The notes under the pieces are model-generated. The model had not been told where the DNA came from and made no database searches. It was given only the letters and a program-made list of their open reading frames with translations. Shown here piece after piece: positions 9,031-17,082 of a DNA stretch of 45,896 bases (its first letter is position 1; every line of letters begins with the position of its first letter). Origin of the DNA: a virus. Taxonomy: Duplodnaviria; Caudoviricetes. The position numbers were made by a program, and so were the translations under genes. The DNA lies in IMG/VR virus record IMGVR_UViG_3300049170_000023, positions 1 through 45,896 of that record, one strand, 5' to 3'.

Positions 9031-9210
9031 TCAGGATCTTTCTGCTCTGCGTCGGTATTCGGCCTGCCACTTCGGGTCATCTGTCACGTCAGCCAGCAAC
9101 ATGCCGTCAGATGTCTCAAACAACCTGCGGTAGCTCACCGGGTCCGATTCCATGAATAGGCTCTCTGACTCGGGATGCCACAGCAGGCGAGGAAATGACA
9201 GGCGCCTCAG
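9031..9210 (-). CDS. Small ORF lacking a canonical start (CTG start, -1 frameshift from ssb, or internal ATG at 9153)
   Basis: Open frame LRRLSFPRLLWHPESESLFMESDPVSYRRLFETSDGMLLADVTDDPKWQAEYRRRAERS exactly fills the gap between ssb and gp157. Confidence 0.5.
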   Translation of the reverse strand: MRRLSFPRLLWHPESESLFMESDPVSYRRLFETSDGMLLADVTDDPKWQAEYRRRAERS

Positions 9211-9830
9211 AAAGGGATGTCGTCGTCCATGTCGTCAAAGCCATTGCCAACCGGCGCACGGGTAGCCGCAGCAGGCGCCTTCGCATCGCGCACCGGACGA
9301 TGGCGCAGGCGGGCGACCATCTTGGAAAGCTGCTCCGGCTTGGTCTTCTTGTCGAGGATCTCGCTGGCGGTCAGCTCGGTGTCTGGCTGGAAGATGCCGG
9401 CGATCACCATGCGCGTGCCGACTCCGCCGCCGTTTTGCTTGGCGTAGTCCTCGGTCTCCAGCAGCAGGCCGATGGGCTTGCCGCACAGGTCCGGGAAGAC
9501 CATCGCTTGCTTGGTGATCTCCTGCTTGGCGTCGTTGTCCCACTGCTTCACCGTGCCGGCCTGGGGCGCGATGCTGCGCAGGCGCATGCAGGTCATGATC
9601 GCCATCAGCGCCTGGTGGCCCATGATCGGCGTGCCGTCCGCTTTCTGCGTGTACAGCGAGAGGTTGGCGGTCTGGCCGTTGCTCTCAAAGCGCAGGGCAA
9701 CGCCCTTGGTGCCGGTCGATGCGGTGATGTCCTCGGCCTGGGTGAATGTGCCCGCGTACTTGCCGATCTCGCTGATCCGGTTTCCGGTCTGGTCGGCCTT
9801 GCGTGCGGCTGTTGTGTCGAGTGCGTACAT
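9207..9830 (-). CDS. Phage single-stranded DNA-binding protein (DUF669-like)
   Basis: C-terminal acidic tip DDMDDDIPF; adjacent to Sak4-like ATPase. Confidence 0.8.
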   Translation of the reverse strand: MYALDTTAARKADQTGNRISEIGKYAGTFTQAEDITASTGTKGVALRFESNGQTANLSLYTQKADGTPIMGHQALMAIMTCMRLRSIAPQAGTVKQWDNDAKQEITKQAMVFPDLCGKPIGLLLETEDYAKQNGGGVGTRMVIAGIFQPDTELTASEILDKKTKPEQLSKMVARLRHRPVRDAKAPAAATRAPVGNGFDDMDDDIPF

Positions 9831-9832
9831 GC

Positions 9833-10501
9833 TTATTCCTGTGTTGCTGGTTGGGGAGTGGCCGACAGGCCGTAGAACTCGCAGATCGCCTTATCGACTT
9901 CCGCGATGTCATTCGGGATGTGCTCGTCCGCGAACATGCCGATGGGGCTTTTCGTGGTGCAAGAGCCGCTGTTTTGGGTGAGAAACAGGTACTGGCCGTT
10001 GATGACGGCCGTGCGCAGCACGATGGTCAACAGACCTTCGACGGTGATCTTTTCGTCCAGCAGCTTCCCGATGGTCTTGGCCTTGGTCTTGCCGTGCTCG
10101 TCGGTCTGGCTGTGCGCGAGGATGTAGATGCGCTTGTGGTCTTCCTGGCCGGATGCGGCCATCAGGATGTCCCAGGCGTCCTTGGCGATGTCGGTGAACT
10201 TCTGGAATCCAACCTCAGCGCTGCGTCGCATGAAGGCGTTGGCCAGGATGTACTGGAAATCGTCAATGACGATGATCGGCTTCTTGGTCCGCTGCATCAT
10301 CGTGACGATGGTTGCGGAGGTGTCCGAATGGATCACCGAGCCATCCGGGTTCTGCTTGTTCGCCGGCTTCCAGTCCAGAGACTTGAAGGGCAGGGGTTTG
10401 CGCACTGCCTGAATCAGCAGCACGTCGGCCGGGTTGAGGTTGCGCAGGCTGGTGCTCTTGCCAGTCCCGCTCTCGCCAATGATCATGACTCCTGTGCTCA
10501 C
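9833..10501 (-). CDS. Sak4-like AAA ATPase / recombination (annealing) protein
   Basis: Walker A GESGTGKS, Walker B IVIDD, LAH motif, KSPIGMF. Confidence 0.85.
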   Translation of the reverse strand: MSTGVMIIGESGTGKSTSLRNLNPADVLLIQAVRKPLPFKSLDWKPANKQNPDGSVIHSDTSATIVTMMQRTKKPIIVIDDFQYILANAFMRRSAEVGFQKFTDIAKDAWDILMAASGQEDHKRIYILAHSQTDEHGKTKAKTIGKLLDEKITVEGLLTIVLRTAVINGQYLFLTQNSGSCTTKSPIGMFADEHIPNDIAEVDKAICEFYGLSATPQPATQE

Positions 10502-10582
10502 TTGTGCTTCCTGTGTGTGCTGTGTTGAAGAACTCTTCCCACTGGCCCGCCTGCTGGTGCCACTGGATGCCGCCGTCGTCGC

Positions 10583-10738
10583 TCACAGCAACCTCGGCAG
10601 CAGATACGCCAGCGCCAGGACTGCCAATACGACGGTGACGCCAGTGATTACCCCGATGACGGCGGCAACCATCACGATGTCCATTGAGTCGGGGTGCTCG
10701 TCTTCCTCTTCGTCGTTGCGGGTGTGAAGTGGGCTCAT
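10583..10738 (-). CDS. Small membrane protein
   Basis: Acidic N-terminus then one long hydrophobic helix. Confidence 0.55.
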   Translation of the reverse strand: MSPLHTRNDEEEDEHPDSMDIVMVAAVIGVITGVTVVLAVLALAYLLPRLL

Positions 10739-10920
10739 GCCTGTGCTCCGTTGAAGCGCTCGTTCCAAGACTGGCAGGCCCGATCAAAGGCGTCGTCGTC
10801 CATGTCCGTGCAGTCCAGATCGCTGGGCCGAACTTCCGCAGGGTGGACCCACTTGACTTCCATCTGGCCGCGATCGTCCGTGCGGAGGACGAAGCGAAAG
10901 CCTTGTTGCTCCAAGCTCAT
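10735..10920 (-). CDS. Hypothetical protein (MSLEQQGFRF...)
   Basis: W.HP....DCTDM motif; ATGA overlaps. Confidence 0.65.
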   Translation of the reverse strand: MSLEQQGFRFVLRTDDRGQMEVKWVHPAEVRPSDLDCTDMDDDAFDRACQSWNERFNGAQA

Positions 10921-11099
10921 ACGACCCCCCAAACCACAATGCAGGCCGCAGCCAGGGCAGCGGCGGCGAAAGTGCAGGCCCAAAGGGCGAATCCGCTTTG
11001 CTGTGCGGGCTCGGATATGCGGGTTGATGCGTGAGCCCCGAAGGCTTGTTCGAGCGTGCGCGGCACCCGGCCAGTCCAATTGCTGCTGCGGGGGTTCAT
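10917..11099 (-). CDS. Small membrane protein
   Basis: PRTLEQAFG motif plus C-terminal TM helix. Confidence 0.65.
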   Translation of the reverse strand: MNPRSSNWTGRVPRTLEQAFGAHASTRISEPAQQSGFALWACTFAAAALAAACIVVWGVV

Positions 11100-11317
11100 G
11101 ACGCACCACCTGAGATAGCAACTTCTTCGTCGCGCAGGTTGTCCCACATCACCAACCCGGCGCCGCAGCACTTACTGACCAGCCGGGGCTCAGTGCTGCG
11201 CTCTAACACGTTGCCCGCCATGTCCTCAGTGCGGGAGTACTCGAAGTCGATGCGCTTCACATCGCAGTTACCGCAGCCGTTGTTGCAGGTCCAGACGAAG
11301 CGTTCCGGCGCGCTCAT
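11096..11317 (-). CDS. Small Cys-rich (zinc-ribbon-like) protein
   Basis: CNNGCGNC..SKCC; coupled overlaps. Confidence 0.65.
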   Translation of the reverse strand: MSAPERFVWTCNNGCGNCDVKRIDFEYSRTEDMAGNVLERSTEPRLVSKCCGAGLVMWDNLRDEEVAISGGAS

Positions 11318-11592
11318 GCCTCACCCCTCACAACCTCAGCGCCGACCGGCTGCATAGCAGCGGCCTTGCGGTTGATGCCGTCCACCGTGGCCTCAAGGTG
11401 CGCGCGAGCAGCGATCTCGCACAGCGCCGTGCCGAGCCTGTCCGCCATGTCGGCAGACATCTTGAATTCACAGCTCATGCCGCCGTTGACTGCACGAACA
11501 GATACTCGCCCCGGAGTGAAGGTGCTAACGTCGAGCGCCAGGTACTCGGGCTCTGTCGTGACCAGGTGGCGGCTGGGGATTCTTTCGCTCAT
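11314..11592 (-). CDS. Hypothetical protein
   Basis: Start MSERIPS with ATGA overlap. Confidence 0.6.
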   Translation of the reverse strand: MSERIPSRHLVTTEPEYLALDVSTFTPGRVSVRAVNGGMSCEFKMSADMADRLGTALCEIAARAHLEATVDGINRKAAAMQPVGAEVVRGEA

Positions 11593-11750
11593 GGCTGCCC
11601 CTTCGCGAGGCAGTTGCCGCCAACCCAAGACGCGCCGGCCTTGATGCACTCCACCTTCTCCGCGTGGTGGGTGTAGATCAGCGTCAGGAACACCGCCAGC
11701 AAGAAGCCGACGAGCGACAGGAAGATCGTCAGTTCGCTTCGATCAAACAT
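11589..11750 (-). CDS. Small membrane protein with periplasmic Cys pair
   Basis: TM helix then ECIKAGASWVGGNC; RBS GAGGA. Confidence 0.65.
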   Translation of the reverse strand: MFDRSELTIFLSLVGFLLAVFLTLIYTHHAEKVECIKAGASWVGGNCLAKGQP

Positions 11751-11757
11751 GCTGTCC

Positions 11758-11985
11758 TCACTCGCTCGCTTCCAGCGGCACAGGAGCCCTGTGCGGGAAA
11801 GCCGGCATATCGAAGTGGCGGTGGTCGATGCGCCAGCTCTCGCAGGCTTCGAGCACATCGCCGTATGCAGCGTCCAGATAGCGCCATGCCGCGTCCCTGT
11901 AGCAGCCGGTGAGCGCAACGACTCTGGCTACCTTGTCTGCTTGCTCGGCAGTTGTGCTGTAGCGGATGGGGGCGATGGTGGTCAT
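11758..11985 (-). CDS. Hypothetical protein (UBA-like helical)
   Basis: VVALTGC...AWRYL.A..GDV..A; RBS GGAGGT. Confidence 0.6.
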   Translation of the reverse strand: MTTIAPIRYSTTAEQADKVARVVALTGCYRDAAWRYLDAAYGDVLEACESWRIDHRHFDMPAFPHRAPVPLEASE

Positions 11986-12007
11986 GACGCACCTCCGGGT
12001 TGCTAGA

Positions 12008-12133
12008 TCAGGAAACCCACTGCTTGAACTTGGCCGATGCGGCCGAAACCAGCGCGGACAAGTTGTCGAACTTCTTGCCGCTGTAGAAGCCGCCAACGAA
12101 GATCACGATTGCGATTGCGATGTCACCCAGCAT
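12008..12133 (-). CDS. Small membrane peptide (41 aa, not in ORF track)
   Basis: MLGDIAIAIVIFVGGFYSGKKFDNLSALVSAASAKFKQWVS; RBS GGAGA. Confidence 0.6.
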   Translation of the reverse strand: MLGDIAIAIVIFVGGFYSGKKFDNLSALVSAASAKFKQWVS

Positions 12134-12178
12134 TTGTCTTCTCCTGCAGCCCGGCCCCGAAGGGCCGAGCCCTTGCGG

Positions 12179-12772
12179 TTAGTCGTTGATGGCGGCCAGG
12201 ATGAGGGCCGAGGTGGTGGGGAAGGCTTCGGCCTGCTCCATCGTCTTGGCGTCAACGATGTCGAACTTGCAGCCGGTCAGGTCGTCATCCAGCTTCTGCA
12301 GGTACTGCGTGGCCGCGGCGTCCTTGCCGACTTGAACGAAAAGGATCGTGCAGTCGTCGTCGTTGGCCTGGCTGTTCGACTGCTTGCGGATCACGTTGGC
12401 GGCGGCGGTCTTGTCGTCCGGAACCCCGTCGGTGAAAACGATGATGAAGTCCTTCTTGTCGGACTTGCCGGCCAGCTTGAGGGCTTCGGTCAGCGCCTCG
12501 GCCAGCGGGGTAGAGCCGCGAGGGCTGCGCGATGCGAACACCTCACGCACCTTGTCAGCGCTGACGCCCTGGAACGACGACACAGAGCCGCCGAACAGCA
12601 CCACGTCGATGCCGTCGCTGTCGTACTTGCTCAGATCGCGAGCGAATGCCTCGACGCTCTCCTGCATGTACTGCCACCGGCTGCGGCCTCCTCCCATGTC
12701 TTCGGTGCCCATAGATCCGGAGGCATCGAGAACTGCGATGAAGTCGTATTCGGAAAGGCGTTGATCGTCCAT
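12179..12772 (-). CDS. Stand-alone von Willebrand factor A (vWA) domain protein
   Basis: MIDAS motif DASGSM, GSTPL, IIVFTDGVP, FVQVG; RBS GGAGA before MDDQRL. Confidence 0.9.
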   Translation of the reverse strand: MDDQRLSEYDFIAVLDASGSMGTEDMGGGRSRWQYMQESVEAFARDLSKYDSDGIDVVLFGGSVSSFQGVSADKVREVFASRSPRGSTPLAEALTEALKLAGKSDKKDFIIVFTDGVPDDKTAAANVIRKQSNSQANDDDCTILFVQVGKDAAATQYLQKLDDDLTGCKFDIVDAKTMEQAEAFPTTSALILAAIND

Positions 12773-12835
12773 GTGGTGGATCTCCAATTGCTTGCCGCCC
12801 ATAGAACGGGGTGGGCGGCGAACCCCGTTCAAAAC

Positions 12836-13033
12836 TCAGGCGGAAGCGCTCAGCTCCCCCATGCACGCCCGCGAGAGCACGTCCTGCTGCTGCACCTTCC
12901 GGAAAAACGCTGTGAACTCATCCGCAGCAGCCTTCACAGCATCAGGGATGCGCAGGCGTTCCGTGTTCTCATCAATCACGGCCGCCAGAAGGGCCTTCAT
13001 GTCGCCGCTGTGGGGGGTAGCACTGAGCATCAC
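12836..13033 (-). CDS. First gene of the PL operon, hypothetical
   Basis: RBS AGGAGA; immediately downstream of PL. Confidence 0.55.
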   Translation of the reverse strand: MMLSATPHSGDMKALLAAVIDENTERLRIPDAVKAAADEFTAFFRKVQQQDVLSRACMGELSASA

Positions 13034-13070
13034 CGTCTCCTACTAACCATTTGTTGGTTGGTGTGGAGAG

Positions 13071-13111
13071 AATTTACCAAACAGTGAATCAGGCGTCAAC
13101 TGTTTGGTAAA
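13071..13111 (-). promoter_or_regulatory. PL promoter with two OL operators
   Basis: Minus strand TTGACG-17bp-TAAATT; operators TTTACCAAACAGTGAA (13073-13088) and inverted TCAACTGTTTGGTAAA (13096-13111) match the OR sites. Confidence 0.8.
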
Positions 13112-13153
13112 CTAGCCTGCGCCCAAGCTAGTAGGGAGAAACCCGAGGGCGAT

Positions 13154-13175
13154 AAAAAACCCGCCGAGGCGGGTT
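13154..13175 (-). terminator. Terminator closing the cI-accessory transcript
   Basis: AACCCGCC-TC-GGCGGGTT followed by a T tract on the minus strand. Confidence 0.8.
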
Positions 13176-13199
13176 GGTTGGGCTTGAACGTGATGGGCG

Positions 13200-13514
13200 C
13201 TATGGGACGTTCTTGGCAATCCAGACCATCGCCCCGATGATCGCGATGCCGAGCGTGGTGACGGCACCAACAAAGCGCCACGTCTGAGCGTGCAGCTCGC
13301 GGTGCAGATCTTCCTTGCTGGCGAACGTCCTCTCAAAGCTGTCCAGCCGCGCCTCGATGCGTGTGAGTCTGTCGCGCGTGCCTTGCGCGAAGTCTTCAAG
13401 CTTGGCAATTCTGGCTTCCATGCCCCCATTATCAGGCGGAGTCGGGCCGCCGCCGTCATTCGGCACATCCGTTCTTCTTCGATTCCCGGTGGGCATGGGC
13501 GTTACTACAGGCAT
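13200..13514 (-). CDS. Coiled-coil protein with C-terminal TM helix (XhlA/DUF1640-like)
   Basis: GGGPTPPDNGGMEARIAKLE..FASKEDL..QTWRFVG then a hydrophobic helix. Confidence 0.7.
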   Translation of the reverse strand: MPVVTPMPTGNRRRTDVPNDGGGPTPPDNGGMEARIAKLEDFAQGTRDRLTRIEARLDSFERTFASKEDLHRELHAQTWRFVGAVTTLGIAIIGAMVWIAKNVP

Positions 13515-13516
13515 GG

Positions 13517-13714
13517 TCAGGCCTTGTCCTCGTCAACCATCTCTACAGCCCCGCACTTTGGACAGCGATACAGCGAAACAAGGAAAAGTGGCCCGGCGTA
13601 AAACCAGTTCCCGTTGCTGTCGCGTAAAACCTGCGGCATCGCCCAATCGCCAACGATCTTCTCCATGCTGCCGTGGCCTCGGTAGCACTCCCTTGGCTCA
13701 TCGAGCAATCCCAT
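13517..13714 (-). CDS. Small zinc-ribbon protein
   Basis: CYRGH..YRCPKCGAVE. Confidence 0.6.
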   Translation of the reverse strand: MGLLDEPRECYRGHGSMEKIVGDWAMPQVLRDSNGNWFYAGPLFLVSLYRCPKCGAVEMVDEDKA

Positions 13715-13721
13715 ATCCGAC

Positions 13722-13982
13722 TCAGCAAGTCATATTGATCTGGCCGGACTTGGTGATGTACCCCTGGCAATGCTGGCGCGTGTGGCCCACGGGCGGGGGC
13801 TGCAGGTTCAACTCGGGCGGCGGCGGCGGGGGTGTGCTAATGGCCTGCATTTTCGCGCCAAGCGCTTGCAGCCTCATGCCCAACTCCTGCTGCTCTGGGC
13901 TTGGGGCAGCGCACCCGGCCAGGCTGCTGCCGACGATGACCAGCCCGAGGATGGTGACGATTGCTATAGGTGTGCGAGGCAT
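13722..13982 (-). CDS. Lipoprotein with poly-Pro linker
   Basis: Lipobox SLAG-C; PPPPPP; C-terminal Cys pair. Confidence 0.65.
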   Translation of the reverse strand: MPRTPIAIVTILGLVIVGSSLAGCAAPSPEQQELGMRLQALGAKMQAISTPPPPPPELNLQPPPVGHTRQHCQGYITKSGQINMTC

Positions 13983-13987
13983 GGGCG

Positions 13988-14173
13988 TCACCTGCAATTG
14001 ACGCAGTGGATGATGGTCTGGGGCGTGCCGGCCGGCACCTCGACCCACGTCCCGCCACTCGCCCCGGTGGCCCATTTCTGAACCGCCAGCCAGCGTTCGT
14101 GCGCAGTGGCATCCGGAGCGGCGCACCCGGAAAGTATGCCCGCCATGGCGATAACGGCGAAAGCAGTTCTCAT
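13988..14173 (-). CDS. Small lipoprotein
   Basis: MRTAFAVIAMAGILSG-C; RBS GGGAG. Confidence 0.65.
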   Translation of the reverse strand: MRTAFAVIAMAGILSGCAAPDATAHERWLAVQKWATGASGGTWVEVPAGTPQTIIHCVNCR

Positions 14174-14251
14174 CAAAGAACTCCCCAAAATAACCCGCGA
14201 ACCGCGCGGGCTCGGCTCCGTCTAGTGTGGCACTGCCACTATTCGCCGTCC

Positions 14252-14887
14252 TTAGCGGAAACGCTTTTCGACGGCCCTTACCACGCCGATGATCGAGGCG
14301 TTGCCAAGCGGCTTGATCGGGTATCTATCGTTGAGCGGCTTGAGATACCAGTCACTGCCGTCCTTGATGAGCTGCTTGAACGTCGTCTCACCCTCACCGT
14401 TCCTGGCGATCACGTAATCCCCAGGGTTCGGCTCCATCTCTGGCTCTACGATGAGGATCATTCCCTCGCTGAACTCCGGGACCATGCTGTCTCCAGAGAC
14501 GCGCAGCGCGAACGTGTGGCGCTTGACGGGGACTGACGTAGGGATCAACTCCGCGCCCCCGTCTCCTGGGTAGAAGTTGTCTACGTGCTCTTTGTACATG
14601 CCTGCCTGAACTTCCGAGATAAGTGGCACCTGCCCGCGGATGACTGGTCCTAGGTCAGTGTTTTTCTCATCAGGAAGTTTGTCAAGCCAGCCCTCGGGTA
14701 ATCCCGCCTCGGCCTCTATCGAGCGCGCAACCTTTTCACCGAACGGCGCCTTGCCAGATAAGAGGTTTGCTGTCTGCTGCGGTTTCTTGCCAATGACCTT
14801 TCCCAAGGCGGTGGGTTGCTTCTCGTCAAGCCCTATCGACTTGGCGAAGCGCTTTAGAGCCGCAATCCGAATGAGCTTGAGTGACAT
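14252..14887 (-). CDS. cI: CI-like repressor with LexA/S24 autopeptidase domain
   Basis: N-terminal HTH, VPLISEVQAG cleavage-site region, LRVSGDSM (Ser) and TFKQL (Lys); start at MSLKL avoids overlap with cro. Confidence 0.92.
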   Translation of the reverse strand: MSLKLIRIAALKRFAKSIGLDEKQPTALGKVIGKKPQQTANLLSGKAPFGEKVARSIEAEAGLPEGWLDKLPDEKNTDLGPVIRGQVPLISEVQAGMYKEHVDNFYPGDGGAELIPTSVPVKRHTFALRVSGDSMVPEFSEGMILIVEPEMEPNPGDYVIARNGEGETTFKQLIKDGSDWYLKPLNDRYPIKPLGNASIIGVVRAVEKRFR

Positions 14888-14911
14888 CGCCCCGGATAGT
14901 GGGGGGAGGGC

Positions 14912-14954
14912 TTTATCGTTTGGTATTGTCTTTGGGTTCACTGTTTGATATAAA
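14912..14954 (+). promoter_or_regulatory. PR promoter with two OR operators
   Basis: TTGTCT(14926)-17bp-TATAAA(14949); operators TTTATCGTTTGGTATT and TTCACTGTTTGATATA. Confidence 0.8.
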
Positions 14955-14960
14955 GCGAGC

Positions 14961-15197
14961 ATGGACCTCAAGTCGTACTTCTACTCACTGCCCCCGGGCG
15001 ACCGCGAGCGGTTTGCGCTGGAGGCAGGAACGACGCTCGGCCACCTTCGCAACTGCGTCTATGGCTACAAGCCCGTCAGCCCAGCGCTGGCGGTTTCCAT
15101 CGAGCGACTCAGTCACCGCAAGGTTACACGGCGCGATCTCCGGGCGGACTGGCTGGACATCTGGCCGGAGCTGGATCGGCGGGGCAAGGGACGGTGA
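14961..15197 (+). CDS. cro: Cro-like (YdaS-type) HTH regulator
   Basis: Divergent from cI; LAVSIERLS..VTRRDLR.DW.DIWPEL. Confidence 0.88.
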   Translation: MDLKSYFYSLPPGDRERFALEAGTTLGHLRNCVYGYKPVSPALAVSIERLSHRKVTRRDLRADWLDIWPELDRRGKGR

Positions 15198-15269
15198 GCG
15201 GTAGTGCTTCGGCATGCCGCTCATTTTTTTCCCTGCCATTGATAACTAGTGAGAAGGGGTGATAAGTAA

Positions 15270-15644
15270 ATGGCTGTATCCCGCAAGATCAACGACGAAG
15301 CGCAGTTGACCCTGAGCTTCGAGCCTGGCATGACGGAGCGCTACACCTCACTGCGCGAGAGCATTGCGGTGGGCATCTATCGCCGCGGCCTGGGCAACAC
15401 AGCTATCGACCTGGACATGGCGCCGAGCAACCTGTCGGTGCAGCTTAGCGACGACCCGACCCGCCATTTCAGCGTGGACAGCCTGGAGCGGTACATCGCC
15501 AAGACCGGCGACACCACGCCCATCTACTACCTGATCGAGAAGTTCCTGAGCGACAAGGGCGACGACTCTGCCACCGAGATGGCCGCGATGAAGCAGGCCC
15601 TCAAGCAAATGGCGCCAGCGTTCAAGAAGCTGGGCCTGCTTTAA
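15270..15644 (+). CDS. CII-like transcriptional regulator
   Basis: Position after cro; HTH-like AIDLDMAPSNLSVQL. Confidence 0.7.
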   Translation: MAVSRKINDEAQLTLSFEPGMTERYTSLRESIAVGIYRRGLGNTAIDLDMAPSNLSVQLSDDPTRHFSVDSLERYIAKTGDTTPIYYLIEKFLSDKGDDSATEMAAMKQALKQMAPAFKKLGLL

Positions 15645-15656
15645 GGGGACGCGCGC

Positions 15657-15959
15657 ATGACCACCCCCGACCCCAAGCAGGACCCCGTGGGCTACCTAGA
15701 GGCTCTGAGCGCGCAGAAGGCGCCTACCCAGTTGGATCGGATTGAGGCGCTGCTGGTGGCGGTGCTTGCGTCCATCCGGCAAGGAAGCCCAGTTGGCTCT
15801 CCGTTTCAGCCCGCAGCATCCACAGCACATTTCGCGCCGGCACAAACAGTGTCAGCGGTCGGCTTTCCGCTGCCGGCACAAGCTGCAGAAGATCCGCAAA
15901 GGCGGTTTCTCGAACCTCGCTGCAATTCACAACCCAGCAGGGTTCGGGGTTCTGAATGA
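15657..15959 (+). CDS. Hypothetical protein (overlaps an antisense ORF)
   Basis: RBS AAGGGG; N-terminal half protein-like (QLDRIEALL). Confidence 0.45.
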   Translation: MTTPDPKQDPVGYLEALSAQKAPTQLDRIEALLVAVLASIRQGSPVGSPFQPAASTAHFAPAQTVSAVGFPLPAQAAEDPQRRFLEPRCNSQPSRVRGSE

Positions 15960-15972
15960 GCACGCCGTACAT
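15724..15972 (-). CDS. Antisense hypothetical protein (start uncertain)
   Basis: MYGVLIQNPEPCWVVNC..LFVPARNVLWML..LGF is globular-looking. Confidence 0.4.
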   Translation of the reverse strand: MYGVLIQNPEPCWVVNCSEVRETAFADLLQLVPAAESRPLTLFVPARNVLWMLRAETESQLGFLAGWTQAPPPAAPQSDPTG

Positions 15973-16200
15973 GCGCAGCACGGGCGCCATAGATGAGCCA
16001 GGCAGCAATGCCACGGCAGTGACTGGTTTCATACGTGGTCCTTTCGTTGACGGCTCATCTTTTTTTGGCTTCACGCCAACAGTAGGCGCAATCCCTCCCA
16101 GCTTGATCCTCGGGCGACATCGCCCCTGCACATGCAAGACATCTCCTACGGCCGGTGTCGGCATGGACGGCGGGTGGGTGTCGGAGGGGCGGCGAACCTA

Positions 16201-17082
16201 ATGAGCTACGAGGCCATGCGCTGGGCTCTTTCTCAGCCTGTCGAAAAGTCGTCAGCCAAGTTCGTGCTGGTGGCCATGGCCGACTGTGTGAACGCGGAGG
16301 CTGGCGACATGCTCTGCTGGCCGTCCACGCAGCACATTGCAGAGATCACCAACCAGGACCGCAAGACGGTACTGGACAACATGCGCCGCCTGCGCGAGGC
16401 AGGCTTCATTCACGACACTGGAAAGCGACGCGGTATCACCGGACAGGTGGCCGTGTACCTTTTAAAGACCCCCGAAAACGGGATCGTTTCAAAGGGGCCT
16501 GCCCCCGCCGAGACGGGTGAATCGACAGCCTCAAACGGTACCGAAATTGGGACCGGTCCCGAAAACGGAACAGTCCCAAAAACGGACTCAAACAGTCCCG
16601 TTTTTCCCGTCGAACAGTCCCGTTTTTCCCATCCAACAGTACCGAAAACGGGACACGGAACCAGGAAAGGAACCAGTAATGGAACCAAGAAGGAACCAGG
16701 AAGAGACGCGCCCGACCTGCCGGGGGTATCTCCCGAACTCCTGGCCGACTTCCTGGCTGTCCGCAAGGCAAAGCGGGCAGGGCCGCTGACGGCCACCGCA
16801 GTCGCCGGACTCGCCCGGGAGGCCGAGAAGGCTGGCCTGACGATCGCTGAGGCCATCGCTGCCTGTTGCGAATGCGGGTGGCAAGGCTTCAACGCTGGCT
16901 GGTACGCCGACCGACAAAACGGGGCTCGCCCACGCGCCGACATCCGCACGGCAACTGTGCCCAGCGCTCCAGGCCGCGATCCCACCCTTGCCAAGCTGGA
17001 CGAGGACGCGAAGAAGGCTGCGCCGATCCCCGAGAACATCCGCGCGCAGATCGAGGTGTTGAAAGGGAAGGTTCTGCAATGA
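16201..17082 (+). CDS. Replication initiator (lambda O-like, N-terminal wHTH)
   Basis: AKFVLVAMADC..CWPS..IAEIT..TV...LREAGFI; internal iterons; C-terminal DFLAVRKAKR..WQGF domain. Confidence 0.88.
   Translation: MSYEAMRWALSQPVEKSSAKFVLVAMADCVNAEAGDMLCWPSTQHIAEITNQDRKTVLDNMRRLREAGFIHDTGKRRGITGQVAVYLLKTPENGIVSKGPAPAETGESTASNGTEIGTGPENGTVPKTDSNSPVFPVEQSRFSHPTVPKTGHGTRKGTSNGTKKEPGRDAPDLPGVSPELLADFLAVRKAKRAGPLTATAVAGLAREAEKAGLTIAEAIAACCECGWQGFNAGWYADRQNGARPRADIRTATVPSAPGRDPTLAKLDEDAKKAAPIPENIRAQIEVLKGKVLQ
16471..16703. repeat. Replication origin iterons inside the initiator gene
   Basis: (C/A)CCGAAAACGGGA-like repeats near 16471, 16540, 16558, 16575 and 16641; inverted AGTCCCGTTTTT near 16594 and 16616; four GGAACCA repeats at 16657-16700. 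Confidence 0.8.

Noticed and set aside
14888-14971. N-terminal extension of cI in the ORF track
   Set aside because: It runs through the operators and overlaps cro; the true start is likely 14887
16471-16703. Short repeats as a CRISPR-like array
   Set aside because: Degenerate, in both orientations and inside the initiator gene; standard iterons, and no cas genes
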